A DNA stretch of 64,000 nucleotides from Mizuhopecten yessoensis. Its lineage: Eukaryota. Position 1 is the first letter of the stretch. Every line of letters starts with the position of its first letter. The notes beneath the pieces are model-generated. The model did not search any database. It was not told the DNA's origin and saw nothing but the letters and a program-made list of their open reading frames with translations. A program made the translations under genes and the position numbers. The stretch is taken from NCBI RefSeq assembly GCF_002113885.1, contig NW_018405596.1, forward strand, positions 745,718 through 809,717, given 5' to 3'. Below are positions 62,480-64,000 of the stretch, piece after piece.

Positions 62480-63573
62480 AATAATATTACATCAATAATA
62501 TCACAATGGAGACAATAGAAATAGGGCCATAAAGTGGAGTTTTAGTTTTACACTTCAAGAATAACAGGTATAGTGTCTAAAGCATCATTATCCTTAAGGG
62601 AGATAACTCCATTATAAATCATCACGGGTGAGCTTTTTATCATAGCATATATATATCCTCAAGTACACTTTCTGTGTTGCTAGGTTACCTCTCCAGAATA
62701 ATGCTATGAACACTAATCAGAACATTCTAAAATATATGAACTTATTAGAATAACCCTTACCTTCATTATTTGTACTGATTGCATTTCCTAGATTACCTCC
62801 CCTGATTACATATGACTGTAGGTAACACATTATTACTACACCAAGTAATAGTACAGGTACAATAAGTTTTTCCACCTATTTTACTTTTTCTGTAACCTTT
62901 AGAAGGAGTATTGAGATGAAGGTGAAACAGTTGACAGAAAAAAAAGCCCATGGCCGATTCATTGGTATAGCAGCTGGTTCATTCATAATTTCTCACCGTT
63001 TGAACCCAAACTAACATAAGATTCATTCAGGATACCTGTCCCCCCAGGCTCGATCCTGTCTGAAGTATCACACGAACCATCAATAAATCATTGTATTTAA
63101 GAGTAAAGCTTTATCCTTTCAGGTTTTTTTATTCAAATGAATTGAAGTAAGCTTTTCTGACATTTAACGTGTTGGTGGAAATGTTTTCAGACTTGATATG
63201 ACATCAATATTACACCTCTAATGTAATTGTCGACACAAAGGTCTGCACAAAATGATACATGTCCTTATGATACAATTTTTTTCAAACTGCCAAAATTTGC
63301 ATAACATTAAACCTTGCATGACACTTTTATGGATGTGCTGCACAGATTTTTATATTGGCTTTATCATTTAAATAGTTTTCATGGAAGATTTTAAAAATCT
63401 ATTGTCATCTATATCACTAAACATGCTTGTAGATTTAAATTTAAGCCTAGGCCGTATGAAAATATTTGCAGAGTAGGGTTTAAATGATTATTTGATGATG
63501 GAAACATTGCATACATGGCCTTATACTTGGTACATTATACGTATTGGCTTCAAAATATCCTTTATTAGATAAT

Positions 63574-63787
63574 GGTGGCCAAGTGGTTAAGGCATCTGAC
63601 ATTCTGTTACCACTAGCCCTCCATCACTGGGTCGTGGGTTTGAGACCTATGTAGAGAAGTCGCCAGGTACTGGCCATTGGTCGGTGTTTTTTCTCCAGGA
63701 ACTCTGGCTTTCCTCCACCACCAAAACCTGGCATGTCCTTAAATGACCATGGCTCTTAATAGGATGTAAAACACACACAAACCAAAC
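63574..63787 (+). mobile_element. V-type tRNA SINE with 11-bp target-site duplication
   Basis: A box ggtggccaagtggttaagg, B-box-like gggtttgagacc, V-domain-like ttttctccaggaactctggctttcctcc, (aaacc) tail; TSD tattagataat at 63563-63573 and 63788-63798. Confidence 0.9.
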
Positions 63788-64000
63788 TATTAGATAATAT
63801 GTATGGAATGGTTAAAGCTTTGTGACTGCTTAAACATCTCGCTTCTAATAAAATCATGTTTTCGTAGATGTTGTTGATTACATTGCAAAACTTACTGAGA
63901 AAAATAATCAGTTGATATTACATTATGAATAAATGTAACTTATATCAAATACAACTGATCTGAAGTCGAAAACATGAATTGTGTTCTATAGACTGAGGTA

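Overview
AT-rich eukaryotic (animal) genomic DNA, most likely a bivalve mollusc such as a scallop; this is inferred from the recalled Meta-, V- and Nin/Deu-type SINE and Penelope-derived repeat motifs, not from a search. The window is almost entirely non-coding, and none of the listed ORFs looks like a complete real gene: most are minisatellite or transposon read-throughs. The first ~23 kb is CpG-retaining intergenic DNA with SINEs, Penelope remnants, satellites and a 917-N assembly gap. At 23523-23592 there is a clean signal-peptide first coding exon (MRILPKCVVLILSVVLATVESQP, phase-1 GTAAGT donor). It is followed by what appears to be a single CpG-depleted intron of more than 40 kb running off the window. 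That intron holds about 20 copies of a TTAA-flanked 83-bp hairpin mini-transposon in three same-length subfamilies with covarying stems, and I saw none upstream of the gene. It also holds TG..CA-bounded tRNA-promoter elements resembling solo LTRs, one with a tandem array of Pol III B-boxes, and a minisatellite that arose from CR1 LINE coding sequence. There are no CRISPR arrays, rRNA genes or confidently functional tRNA genes.
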